From a virus: 64,000 bases of DNA. The notes below the pieces were generated by a model. The model made no database searches. It was not told the DNA's origin and worked only from the letters and a program-made list of their open reading frames with translations. Where the stretch lies: positions 15,311-79,310 of the IMG/VR virus record IMGVR_UViG_3300025727_000603. One strand, 5' to 3'. Every line of letters begins with the position of its first letter. Position 1 is the stretch's first letter. Of this stretch, positions 20,129 through 29,017 are shown piece by piece. The translations under genes were made by a program, and so were the position numbers.

Positions 20129-20348
20129 TATTACTGATATTAATCAGATTAATACAAGATTATTGAAGACTGTTACACACCTGATAGATGCGTCTAAATA
20201 TCTTTCGGATATACCTGAATTTCAAGAAGAATCCTATAAAATTGCTCTTCTGGCAAAATGTTTTATTGATGTAGTCGAACCTCAAAAAGAAAAAATTACA
20301 GAAGAAACAATTAATTCTATACTAGATGAGATATTAAATGCTCAATAA
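20118..20348 (+). CDS. Hypothetical protein (76 aa, helical) between the two SPASM enzymes
   Basis: AAGGAG RBS upstream; overlaps both neighbours. Confidence 0.7.
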   Translation: MIHDITDINQINTRLLKTVTHLIDASKYLSDIPEFQEESYKIALLAKCFIDVVEPQKEKITEETINSILDEILNAQ

Positions 20349-21474
20349 TAAAAGACAACAATTTACGTTTGAAATTACAACTACTGCTCTCTGTAATATG
20401 AATTGTACATATTGCTTTGAAGGTCTAAAAACAGATAAGCGTACTTTAAACAATGTACAGGTTTCTGTATTAAAGTCTAAAATAGAGGAAATATTAAAAT
20501 CCAATTGGTTTTTAAGAGATTATGGAGTCCTTAATATATCATTTTGGGGTGGAGAACCTACATTAAATGGACCATTAATTGTTGATATGATGAATACATT
20601 CGAGCTAAATGATTCTGTAACCTATCATATATATACTAATGGACTAGATAGAAAGAAACTTGATTATGTACTTGATTCAGTATCTACAGATAAACTTGCA
20701 ATTCAGGTATCTTGGGATGGTGATGTCATTAATAAAAAGTATAGAGTTCAGGGAGTAGATAAAGATACAACTGCACGAGTACTTAATAATTTAGAGTATC
20801 TAATAGAAAGGGGTATAAACGTCTCAATGAAAGCTACAATACCTCTAGAGTCTATGGACGATATTGAAGAAACATGGGATTCATACAAAACTTTATATGA
20901 CAAATTAGGGTCTAGAGCTAATATATCTTATGCCCCTACAATAGATTATGTAAATGAATTACCTGAGGAGACCCAAGAAGCTTCAATAGCTACATTTAGA
21001 TCAGCTATGATTAGAGTAGCAAAAAAGGAATTAGAATTTTATAAAGAGCATAATCATTTTTTATGCTCTTGGTTTGACGGTAATGAGCAGAAAGTACATT
21101 GTTCCTCGGGTGCTAATATGGTTGCTATAGATGTAACGGGTAAGTCTTATGCGTGTCATGGTTCATTATATTCTCCTAATAAAGAATCAATGGGTTCAGG
21201 ATCTATAACAGATGCTGAGTGGGTTAAGAATTTAGGTTCTGAAACTAAAAAATATAAAAAGGCTATTAAAACTGTACCTGAAACATGTGTAGATTGTGTT
21301 GCAACAACTTGTATGATTTGCCCTGTATCTTCCTTAGATAATTCAAAAAAATCAGATTTTATGGATAGGTGGACTGATAGATATATAAATAATATGTGTG
21401 GGTATTTTAAAACATTTGGTGAAATAGACCGAGCGGTTGTAACCAAAATAAACAGAGAAAGAGAAGAGGCATAG
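20338..21474 (+). CDS. Radical SAM/SPASM enzyme 2
   Basis: CNMNCTYC, FWGGEPTL, YTNG, SWDG. Auxiliary cysteines HCSSG...ACHG...CVDCVATTCMICP...MC. Confidence 0.92.
   Translation: MLNNKRQQFTFEITTTALCNMNCTYCFEGLKTDKRTLNNVQVSVLKSKIEEILKSNWFLRDYGVLNISFWGGEPTLNGPLIVDMMNTFELNDSVTYHIYTNGLDRKKLDYVLDSVSTDKLAIQVSWDGDVINKKYRVQGVDKDTTARVLNNLEYLIERGINVSMKATIPLESMDDIEETWDSYKTLYDKLGSRANISYAPTIDYVNELPEETQEASIATFRSAMIRVAKKELEFYKEHNHFLCSWFDGNEQKVHCSSGANMVAIDVTGKSYACHGSLYSPNKESMGSGSITDAEWVKNLGSETKKYKKAIKTVPETCVDCVATTCMICPVSSLDNSKKSDFMDRWTDRYINNMCGYFKTFGEIDRAVVTKINREREEA
21384..21391 (+). promoter_or_regulatory. Candidate T4-type late promoter TATAAATA for the Cys-tail gene
   Basis: Exact consensus ending 86 nt before the ATG at 21478. 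It lies within the upstream CDS, so it may be chance in AT-rich DNA. Confidence 0.45.
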
Positions 21475-21477
21475 ACT

Positions 21478-22266
21478 ATGACAAATACATACGGGACATC
21501 AACCTTTATACCAGAAGATAAGTGGCATACAGCTTCGACCGGTGGAAACGAATACAAATCAGTCAGTTCTACTTGTAGCGGTCATAGAGCTAATAATTCC
21601 CACAATAATGTAGACTGGAACCTATTTGGGACTGACACAATAATCAGCATAGGTGATTATAATACTATATACGATGCTGTTCAGACAGAACTAGAAGAAT
21701 GGTTAGCGTTTAAAAACTACAGTGGTACAAAGACATATTCGGATCTAAAAGGTTATAGAAATGTAGGTTCCAGAAAAACAACAGATAGTGTAATAGACGA
21801 TCAAGATCTTGTCGCTATCCATTCTATATTAGAGGCTATACTTGGAGAAAACGGAGCAAAACATACAAACACTAATTATGGAAATAGCGGTCAAGCTAAC
21901 CGAATAGGTACGGGATGGACTAACAGCTCAGGTACTGCTCCTACATCAACAAAAACAAGCGCTGAGAAAGTTAAAATCACTGATGTTACCTCTACTGCTA
22001 TTAGAAAAGGTGCTGTTAAAGGGGCGGGCATGATTGAAAAATCGTATAGTTCAGAATTTGGTGGTAAGGTAGAAGGTACGCTTATTCAAAACGAATTCTA
22101 CAATCCAACTGGTGCAGCTGAGTTTGATGGAAAAACGAGATGGGCAGACAATTCCATTGAGGAAAAATTTAACCGATGTCGTAGTAATTGTATTTGCGAT
22201 TCTGATTGTGCCTGTAATGCTGTTTGTAATTGTAACAATAACTGTGATTGTAATTATACTCAATAG
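21478..22266 (+). CDS. Putative virion protein / radical-SAM substrate with periodic Cys-rich C-terminal tail
   Basis: Thr/Ser/Gly/Asn-rich body like the structural proteins. Ends CRSNCICDSDCACNAVCNCNNNCDCNYTQ (9 Cys, period 6). Directly follows two SPASM enzymes. Confidence 0.75.
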   Translation: MTNTYGTSTFIPEDKWHTASTGGNEYKSVSSTCSGHRANNSHNNVDWNLFGTDTIISIGDYNTIYDAVQTELEEWLAFKNYSGTKTYSDLKGYRNVGSRKTTDSVIDDQDLVAIHSILEAILGENGAKHTNTNYGNSGQANRIGTGWTNSSGTAPTSTKTSAEKVKITDVTSTAIRKGAVKGAGMIEKSYSSEFGGKVEGTLIQNEFYNPTGAAEFDGKTRWADNSIEEKFNRCRSNCICDSDCACNAVCNCNNNCDCNYTQ

Positions 22267-22278
22267 GAGATGAAATAA

Positions 22279-22893
22279 ATGATGATATATAATATGGCAC
22301 TAGTGACAGATAAAGGAACACATTTTGAGATAAATGGGGTTACAACTAACGTAGCCTCTAATATAAAAAACAAAGAAGAGCACTATCTTAATCTTTCTTC
22401 AAAAGCAGCAGAAATTATTAAGGAAGCATTAAACTCTGGTAATAATAGAATTAATGTCTATAAACCATTAAAGTCTATGGAAGTTTTACCGGGAGAAGTT
22501 ATTATAGAGGATATAGATCCAGAAGATATCAGAAATGTTAAATCGTCAGAGATTAAAAGAATCAGGGTCCTAATAACACCCGAACTAGCTTCCATTTCAG
22601 GTATAGCACTCTATTCATGGATTATGCTTAATAATGAACTAAATTCTAAAGGATACTTTATATATGATGGTAATAGAGAAGAAGTATACCTAAGTATATT
22701 AGAAACTGGTGATGAAGAGCTTATTAACAAGCTGGAAGAATATTTAAATTATAAAGATGAGATTGCTAGAGTAGCTCAATTAAATTCTAAATTTTCTAAT
22801 ATTATTAAAGAAATAATGACTCTTACAGATAAAGATGAGATTATTGAGAAAGCTAACAAATTTATAGAAAATTATATGAAGTTAAATGATTAA
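22279..22893 (+). CDS. Hypothetical protein (204 aa, acidic helical C-terminal half)
   Basis: Strong AGGAG RBS and long ORF; no recognisable catalytic motif. Confidence 0.75.
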   Translation: MMIYNMALVTDKGTHFEINGVTTNVASNIKNKEEHYLNLSSKAAEIIKEALNSGNNRINVYKPLKSMEVLPGEVIIEDIDPEDIRNVKSSEIKRIRVLITPELASISGIALYSWIMLNNELNSKGYFIYDGNREEVYLSILETGDEELINKLEEYLNYKDEIARVAQLNSKFSNIIKEIMTLTDKDEIIEKANKFIENYMKLND

Positions 22894-22895
22894 TA

Positions 22896-23666
22896 ATGAG
22901 CAGGCGAATTGGTGTAGTATATAAATGGCAAATACATAATAAGATAAATGGATCTTTATTCTATGCATTTGAGTATGCAGTATACCTCAAAACTGAGCTA
23001 TACATAGTAGGAATCACAAAAGAAGATTTAAATCTAGTTAACAATATCTTCAGAGCAAAATACTCTATTTCTCCGGTGAATATTAAATCAATTAATGTAA
23101 CTAATTTATATAGCCTTGATCTCCAGAAAACTCTATTAGTTGATATTAAATCGTTCTATAATGTAAAGGAATTCCTGACAGGAGATGTTCATGTATTCTC
23201 CGATGTATCTCATCCTATGTTTAGATATAAGAATGAAAGGAGTGTAACATACTATGGATCATATGATTATCAGAATTATGATGTATTTAATTATCTTAAA
23301 TTAAACTTTTCTATATTTAAAGATATTATAAAGTCTGAAGATAAAACCTTTGTATCAGGGGTGTATCCATTCTTAGGATTCTCGAAATATCGGAATAAAG
23401 ATAATATTATAATGAAAGAACATTATGTGGGTCGTGGAGATTTATTTGAATTAATATCTTCAGTAGTATATGTACATAGCTCACGTGATACTAATAATAG
23501 AATAATTCCAGAAGCCTTTTATTACTCTAAGAAAATTAAAATCATTGAAGAACTAGAGAATATAATAGACTCTGTTACTCTTAGATATAATGATATTAAG
23601 ACTAATGGTCTTTCTAATTATACATTATCCCGTGACGATATGATGATACAAGGAATGCTAGGATGA
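22896..23666 (+). CDS. Divergent GT-B-fold glycosyltransferase-like protein A
   Basis: C-terminal DTNNRIIPE (D-x7-E) followed by AFYYSKKI; N-terminal INGSLFYAFEY loop; resembles the next gene. Confidence 0.45.
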   Translation: MSRRIGVVYKWQIHNKINGSLFYAFEYAVYLKTELYIVGITKEDLNLVNNIFRAKYSISPVNIKSINVTNLYSLDLQKTLLVDIKSFYNVKEFLTGDVHVFSDVSHPMFRYKNERSVTYYGSYDYQNYDVFNYLKLNFSIFKDIIKSEDKTFVSGVYPFLGFSKYRNKDNIIMKEHYVGRGDLFELISSVVYVHSSRDTNNRIIPEAFYYSKKIKIIEELENIIDSVTLRYNDIKTNGLSNYTLSRDDMMIQGMLG

Positions 23667-24619
23667 GTAAAATACTACAATTACCTAAAGAATATGAATT
23701 ATGGTTGACTTATTCATGGAGTAATGACAACCACGGCATATGTGGTCATACTTTTGAAGTCATTGATTACTACCATATATTAAAAAACCATTTTAAAGTT
23801 GGTATATTATTAGCTGAAGATATAGATATGAATATGTTTGTTCAGGCTATTCAAGAGAAATACGATTTTAATACTGATGAACTTAAAGATATAAAGCGAA
23901 ATACTCTTTTTAAAAAGAGACCTAGACTAGTATCAGGATCTAATATTATCTTTACTGATGGTGGTGTATTATCAACAAAAGATAGTACATTACTATTTGA
24001 TAATATCTTTCATATGGCTTGTGGTGATAAAGAAATAAAAGATAATACAAAAGAAAATGTGTGGATACTTCAAGATGATAGAGTTTATGACCCAGTAACT
24101 CTTAATGGTATTAATTACAAAAAGAAGATACTATTTTCTAGATTAAAACGACTTAAACGACCTGCATTATTCCCTGGCTGGTTAAGAACTATTATGCTAT
24201 ATTCTACTAAGAATTGTCGTAATATTCCAGAAGCTCAAATTAAAAAAATATCTAATAAGTATAAAGGATATCATATAATGGTGCTTACTAACTCAGAAAA
24301 TAAAGGTAAAGACTCTGAGTGGATTAAATATTATGAAGTACCTACAAAGGATCTATTTAATCGGTTTATTATGTATTATTATACACCTATAGAAAGGAAG
24401 CATGATTGTTCTCCTAGGTTTATAGCTGAGTGTAGGTATTATAATAAACAAGTTGTATACGATTCTAAAATAAACGATGAGTATCTTCAGACGGACTTAG
24501 GGTTAAAGTATAGAATGCAGGATATTGAAGAGGACTTTGAGTCTTTATACTTAGAGGAAAATGATGACATAATTAATATTATTAAGAATATTATATATAA
24601 TGAGCCCAATAAACTATAA
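23663..24619 (+). CDS. Divergent GT-B-fold glycosyltransferase-like protein B
   Basis: C-terminal DCSPRFIAE (D-x7-E) followed by CRYYNKQV; N-terminal ICGHTFEVIDY; ATGA overlap. Confidence 0.45.
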   Translation: MSKILQLPKEYELWLTYSWSNDNHGICGHTFEVIDYYHILKNHFKVGILLAEDIDMNMFVQAIQEKYDFNTDELKDIKRNTLFKKRPRLVSGSNIIFTDGGVLSTKDSTLLFDNIFHMACGDKEIKDNTKENVWILQDDRVYDPVTLNGINYKKKILFSRLKRLKRPALFPGWLRTIMLYSTKNCRNIPEAQIKKISNKYKGYHIMVLTNSENKGKDSEWIKYYEVPTKDLFNRFIMYYYTPIERKHDCSPRFIAECRYYNKQVVYDSKINDEYLQTDLGLKYRMQDIEEDFESLYLEENDDIINIIKNIIYNEPNKL

Positions 24620-25646
24620 CATTGTATCACATCATAAGATTCAGCCTGAAAATAAAGACAAACTATGTTCAAGAGCTAAGTTAGACACAGGTACTCATTG
24701 TAATTATGACTGTGAGTTCTGCTATTACGGAGAACAACTCCATATTCGTACTGATACTGATGTTATAAAGAAACGTATTGATTATCTCTGGGATACAGGT
24801 ATGGAAGAAATAGACTTCTCTGGAGGGGAATCTTCTATACATAAAGACTTTTTTGAGCTAATACAATATACCAAAGATAAAGGTTTCTCTAACATATCTA
24901 CACTATCTAATGGACACAAATTCTCCAAGATTGACTTTATGCGCAAGGCCTATGATGCTGGCCTAACAGAAATATTATTTTCTGTTCACGGCGCTAATGG
25001 AAGTATACATGATAAAATAGTAAGACGATCAGGAGCATTTAATCGTATTATTAAAGCTATTAATCTCTGTAGAGAAGTAGGTATTAAAGTTCGTATCAAT
25101 ACTACTGTTACTATGGAAAACTTTACTGCTTTATCAGAATTCTCTACACTAATTCAAAGTCTCGATGCTGATGTATTTGAGGTTAACTACTTACCCCTAA
25201 ATCATTGGGATGACGCTAAGACACAGATACCATTAGATTATAATGTAGTATGTACTGAAATAAAAAAGTCTATTGACATACTTAAATCAGCAGTTAAAAT
25301 AATTAATGTTAGATATACTCCATACTGTTACATGGGAGGGTATGAGAAATATGTATGCTCTACATATCAACATATATGGGATGTCTATGATTGGAATATC
25401 GGGGTATATGACTATTCTGTTGATCCTCAGGTATATAAAAAAGATCCTCTAAAACATCTACTTAAAGTAGCTAAAGAAAATAGAAATCAAACATATATGA
25501 AACCTAAATCATGTATGGGATGTAAGTATTTTTTTATATGTGATGGTATTGAGACTGAAAATAACTCTACTCTACCCTTAGCAATAAAAGGTGAATTGAT
25601 ATATAATCCTATACATTATCGTAAAGGATATTATGAATCTATTTGA
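24600..25646 (+). CDS. Radical SAM enzyme 3 with C-terminal CxxCx5C
   Basis: CNYDCEFC, FSGGESS, LSNG, FSVHG; C-terminal SCMGCKYFFICDG. Confidence 0.92.
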   Translation: MSPINYNIVSHHKIQPENKDKLCSRAKLDTGTHCNYDCEFCYYGEQLHIRTDTDVIKKRIDYLWDTGMEEIDFSGGESSIHKDFFELIQYTKDKGFSNISTLSNGHKFSKIDFMRKAYDAGLTEILFSVHGANGSIHDKIVRRSGAFNRIIKAINLCREVGIKVRINTTVTMENFTALSEFSTLIQSLDADVFEVNYLPLNHWDDAKTQIPLDYNVVCTEIKKSIDILKSAVKIINVRYTPYCYMGGYEKYVCSTYQHIWDVYDWNIGVYDYSVDPQVYKKDPLKHLLKVAKENRNQTYMKPKSCMGCKYFFICDGIETENNSTLPLAIKGELIYNPIHYRKGYYESI

Positions 25647-26694
25647 ATTAATACCAACAGATGAGTATCCTACATTCGACTTTAAAGTTACATTAAAACC
25701 CTCATTTAGATGTAATCAAGCTTGTTGGTTCTGTACTGAATATGATAATAATTCGTATGAATGGTCAAAAGTGGATTGTAATAAAGTATTAGATAAGCTT
25801 GATAATGTATTAAAACCTTATCAATCTATTTTTATATACTTCTATGGTGGTGAGCCTACTCTATCTAAATATTATGAGTATCTACATTATGAGATTACTA
25901 GAAGACACAGACATAAAAAATTATTTATACAGACACAAACTAATGGTTCTATGGAGACTGAGAGGTTAAAAACTTTTCTTAATACATTAGAATTATATGA
26001 TGGGCATACATTAGATATATCAACTTCTGTACATCTTAATAAACAGAAGATTGAAAATCTAATAGATAAGCTTAAAATATTAAGAGAGTATAATGTACTA
26101 GGTAATATATTTCCTTCTACTGAATACCTTCATGAAGAACAATTTATAGAAGAGTTGAAGTTAATGATACAGGAATTTGATAATAAAGTCAAGATAAAAT
26201 TCACAGAAATTGGTTTAGGAGTTATTAATTCAAGAGAAGCTCAATTATATCCTTTGGATCAAGGTGATATTAAATCATTTGAATTTAGATATTTTACACA
26301 GAAATATCCTTTTCTACTTAATCATCTTGAAGAGGGATTTAATTTTCAGGTAGATGATAAGGTTGTTAACTATTCTATGGTGAAAGCTAATGATATACAT
26401 AAACAAGTGAGATTTATGAAGTGTGAGTGCGGCACTAAGAATCTTGTTATAGACCATAACCTAAAGATGTATAGGTGTAATGACGACTTTTATAACAACA
26501 TAGGTATACAAGATATAACAGAGGATATAGAGATAAAAAATAAGTATTGTCTTAATAAGGCTTGTTATGATGGTCTAGAGTTTAGGAAATGGAAACCTAT
26601 CACTATACAACCTCAGAAGGATATACCAGAATTTTGTAAACCATGTACCTCGGCATATTGTTCATATAATTGTAGGAGAGATAATAATGAATAA
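25633..26694 (+). CDS. Radical SAM enzyme 4 (twitch-like domain plus extra Cys-rich tail)
   Basis: CNQACWFC, FYGGEPTL, QTNG, SVH; C-terminal CECG..YRC..CLNKAC and FCKPCTSAYCSYNC. Confidence 0.9.
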   Translation: MNLFELIPTDEYPTFDFKVTLKPSFRCNQACWFCTEYDNNSYEWSKVDCNKVLDKLDNVLKPYQSIFIYFYGGEPTLSKYYEYLHYEITRRHRHKKLFIQTQTNGSMETERLKTFLNTLELYDGHTLDISTSVHLNKQKIENLIDKLKILREYNVLGNIFPSTEYLHEEQFIEELKLMIQEFDNKVKIKFTEIGLGVINSREAQLYPLDQGDIKSFEFRYFTQKYPFLLNHLEEGFNFQVDDKVVNYSMVKANDIHKQVRFMKCECGTKNLVIDHNLKMYRCNDDFYNNIGIQDITEDIEIKNKYCLNKACYDGLEFRKWKPITIQPQKDIPEFCKPCTSAYCSYNCRRDNNE

Positions 26695-27532
26695 AGATTG
26701 TATTCAGGAACTAGAAATTGATTTAATTGATGCCTGTAACCTATCATGCCCTTTATGTAATAGGAATGTATTAAAGTCTAAAGATGGTTATATCCCTTTA
26801 GATGAATGGATCTCTATTTTTGATCAGTACAAATATCTAAAGGCTATATTCCTCATTGGAACTAGATCTGAACACACATTATATCCAGAATTTTTAAACC
26901 TCATGAGGTACTTTAAGAGTAGAGGATTATCAATTATTATATCGACTAATGGTTGTACTAATAAATTAAATTTTTGGTCTGAATTAAAAGATATACTACA
27001 AGTCGAAGATGAAGTTCGATTTGCCGTTGATGGTATTACCCAAGATATATATGAGCAATATAGAGTTGGTGGTAATCTAGAAAAATTAATGAATAATCAT
27101 AAAGCTTTTAAATCAGAGAAAGATAATGATATAATGCAATATATTAGATTTGAGCATAACCAGCATGAAGACATTACTGAGTTCCTTCAGCAGTTCTCTG
27201 GATTAAGAACTACTAATTCCTCTTTTGAAGGTAATCATGATGGTTCTATTGTTAAACAAACTCCTCAGGATTCTAAGAGATATAACTTAGTTACAAAAAT
27301 TATACGGAATAGAAAACCAAATATAAGCTGTGAAACTAAGGGTAAGATGCACTTTATTAACCACAGAGGTCAGACTTCTCCTTGTTGTTATTATAATGAA
27401 GATGTTGTACTTCAGGGTGGTGAATGGGATGGGACATATGAAGATATTGAAGCAGCTAAATTTGACTTTTGTACAATAATGTGTGATAAGTTTTGTACGA
27501 ATCTGTTAAAGTCGTTAGATATAGAATTATGA
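26687..27532 (+). CDS. Radical SAM enzyme 5 (twitch/SPASM-like)
   Basis: CNLSCPLC, STNG, FAVDG..YEQYRVGG, FEHNQH; C-terminal ISCE..PCCY..FCTIMCDKFC. The usual GGE motif is replaced by GTRSE. Confidence 0.88.
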   Translation: MNKDCIQELEIDLIDACNLSCPLCNRNVLKSKDGYIPLDEWISIFDQYKYLKAIFLIGTRSEHTLYPEFLNLMRYFKSRGLSIIISTNGCTNKLNFWSELKDILQVEDEVRFAVDGITQDIYEQYRVGGNLEKLMNNHKAFKSEKDNDIMQYIRFEHNQHEDITEFLQQFSGLRTTNSSFEGNHDGSIVKQTPQDSKRYNLVTKIIRNRKPNISCETKGKMHFINHRGQTSPCCYYNEDVVLQGGEWDGTYEDIEAAKFDFCTIMCDKFCTNLLKSLDIEL

Positions 27533-28092
27533 GAGTATCTATATTAATACTAACACATAATAGACCTCTCTTATTTAAGCGGTGTATTTCATCAGTATTA
27601 TTAAATAAACCAGAGAATGTAGAAATATTAGTTAATAATGATTCAAAAGATATAAAGGAGATTGCTGGTGCGACATATTATTATAAAACTCATTCGGATC
27701 TAAGTGATACTTATAAGTATCTATTTAATAAGGCCTCAGGTGAATTTATATATTTTTTAGAAGACGATGATTATGTATCTTCTGACTTTTGGAAGATACT
27801 ATCTCAGGTTAAAGAGAATACAGTATTTAGATATATCCCTGAGAAGAGTATTAAGTTATACTATGAATACTTTATACATAACCCTTCATTTGAAGAACAT
27901 TTTCAATTAGGGCAACTGGTATTTAAAAAGAAATCATTAACCTCCTTTCCAAAAGGTAATAATATACACAATGATTATCAACTATATAAATCTCTTTCGG
28001 GTTCGATAATGAATGATCGAAGACCAATTTATACACAAACTACTGATGGTAACGACAATATAAGTTTTGATGAATATCCAGAAACAATATGA
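27529..28092 (+). CDS. Glycosyltransferase family 2 (GT-A fold)
   Basis: MRVSILILTHNR...EILVNND...GEFIYFLEDDDY (DxD). Start reassigned to ATG 27529 (ATGA overlap). Confidence 0.88.
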   Translation: MRVSILILTHNRPLLFKRCISSVLLNKPENVEILVNNDSKDIKEIAGATYYYKTHSDLSDTYKYLFNKASGEFIYFLEDDDYVSSDFWKILSQVKENTVFRYIPEKSIKLYYEYFIHNPSFEEHFQLGQLVFKKKSLTSFPKGNNIHNDYQLYKSLSGSIMNDRRPIYTQTTDGNDNISFDEYPETI

Positions 28093-29017
28093 TGTAAAGC
28101 ATAAAATGCAAAGACTCTATGTACATTGGGATGTATCTACTCAATGTCAATTAGAGTGTTCGTATTGTTATGCCATAAAAGACTATGGTTCAGAGTGGGG
28201 TAATATTGATTCATGGGTACGTCAAAAGTTAGTAATTAGGAATATAGCCCACTCAACTCTTCCTGTCTTTCTTGGCCTCCTAGGAGGTGAACCTACAATA
28301 CATCCTCGTTATAATGAGTTAGTAGCTCTTTGCCATGAAGCTATATCTAAACACAAAGATGGTAGACTATATATTACTACTAATGGTTTAAATCCTACTC
28401 GTTGGTTTGAGAAATTAAAGTACTATGATAATATGTATTTTTTATGGTCAGCTCATTTCGAATATGAAGATAAATATGGTACTGGGTTTCAAAGGATTAT
28501 AGATAATATAAAGGTGGTAACAGACAAAGGGTTTAGATCTAAGATAAATGTAATGTTAAATCCTGACCCAAAAACTTGGCCTAAGATACATGCTCTGGTA
28601 GACCAATTAGAAAAGATAGAGGGTCTAGAGATACATCCACATTTCTTATATAACGAGGGGAATGTACATGATCTTTATAAATATTCACCTGAGTTTTATG
28701 AAGAGTTTAAGAGATTTGAGGATTATCCCAATTATCTAGTGTTTGAGGATAATGGTGAAAAGACTATATATAATGACTACACCATATTTAATAATAAGAA
28801 GACTTCATTTACTGGATGGGATTGTTACAATAATAACTATGAAATTGATTATAAAGGAAGTGTAAATAGATTCTGTTTTGATGAGTCAGATGATCTAATT
28901 ACTAACTTTAACTTTTTTCGTGACATAGGAAAGGTGACACCAGTTAAATGTCCCCACTCAACATGCAACTGTGATGGATTACTAAAGATATGCAAAGTGA
29001 ATCGAAAAAACTTGTAA
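28070..29017 (+). CDS. Radical SAM enzyme 6
   Basis: CQLECSYC, LLGGEPTIHP, TTNG, SAHFE; C-terminal WDC..FC..CPHSTCNCDG. Confidence 0.92.
   Translation: MNIQKQYDVKHKMQRLYVHWDVSTQCQLECSYCYAIKDYGSEWGNIDSWVRQKLVIRNIAHSTLPVFLGLLGGEPTIHPRYNELVALCHEAISKHKDGRLYITTNGLNPTRWFEKLKYYDNMYFLWSAHFEYEDKYGTGFQRIIDNIKVVTDKGFRSKINVMLNPDPKTWPKIHALVDQLEKIEGLEIHPHFLYNEGNVHDLYKYSPEFYEEFKRFEDYPNYLVFEDNGEKTIYNDYTIFNNKKTSFTGWDCYNNNYEIDYKGSVNRFCFDESDDLITNFNFFRDIGKVTPVKCPHSTCNCDGLLKICKVNRKNL

Noticed and set aside
20118-20348. 76-aa ORF as a PqqD/RRE or precursor peptide
   Set aside because: It appears all-helical with a single Cys, without the beta-strand pattern of an RRE or a core motif; left as hypothetical.
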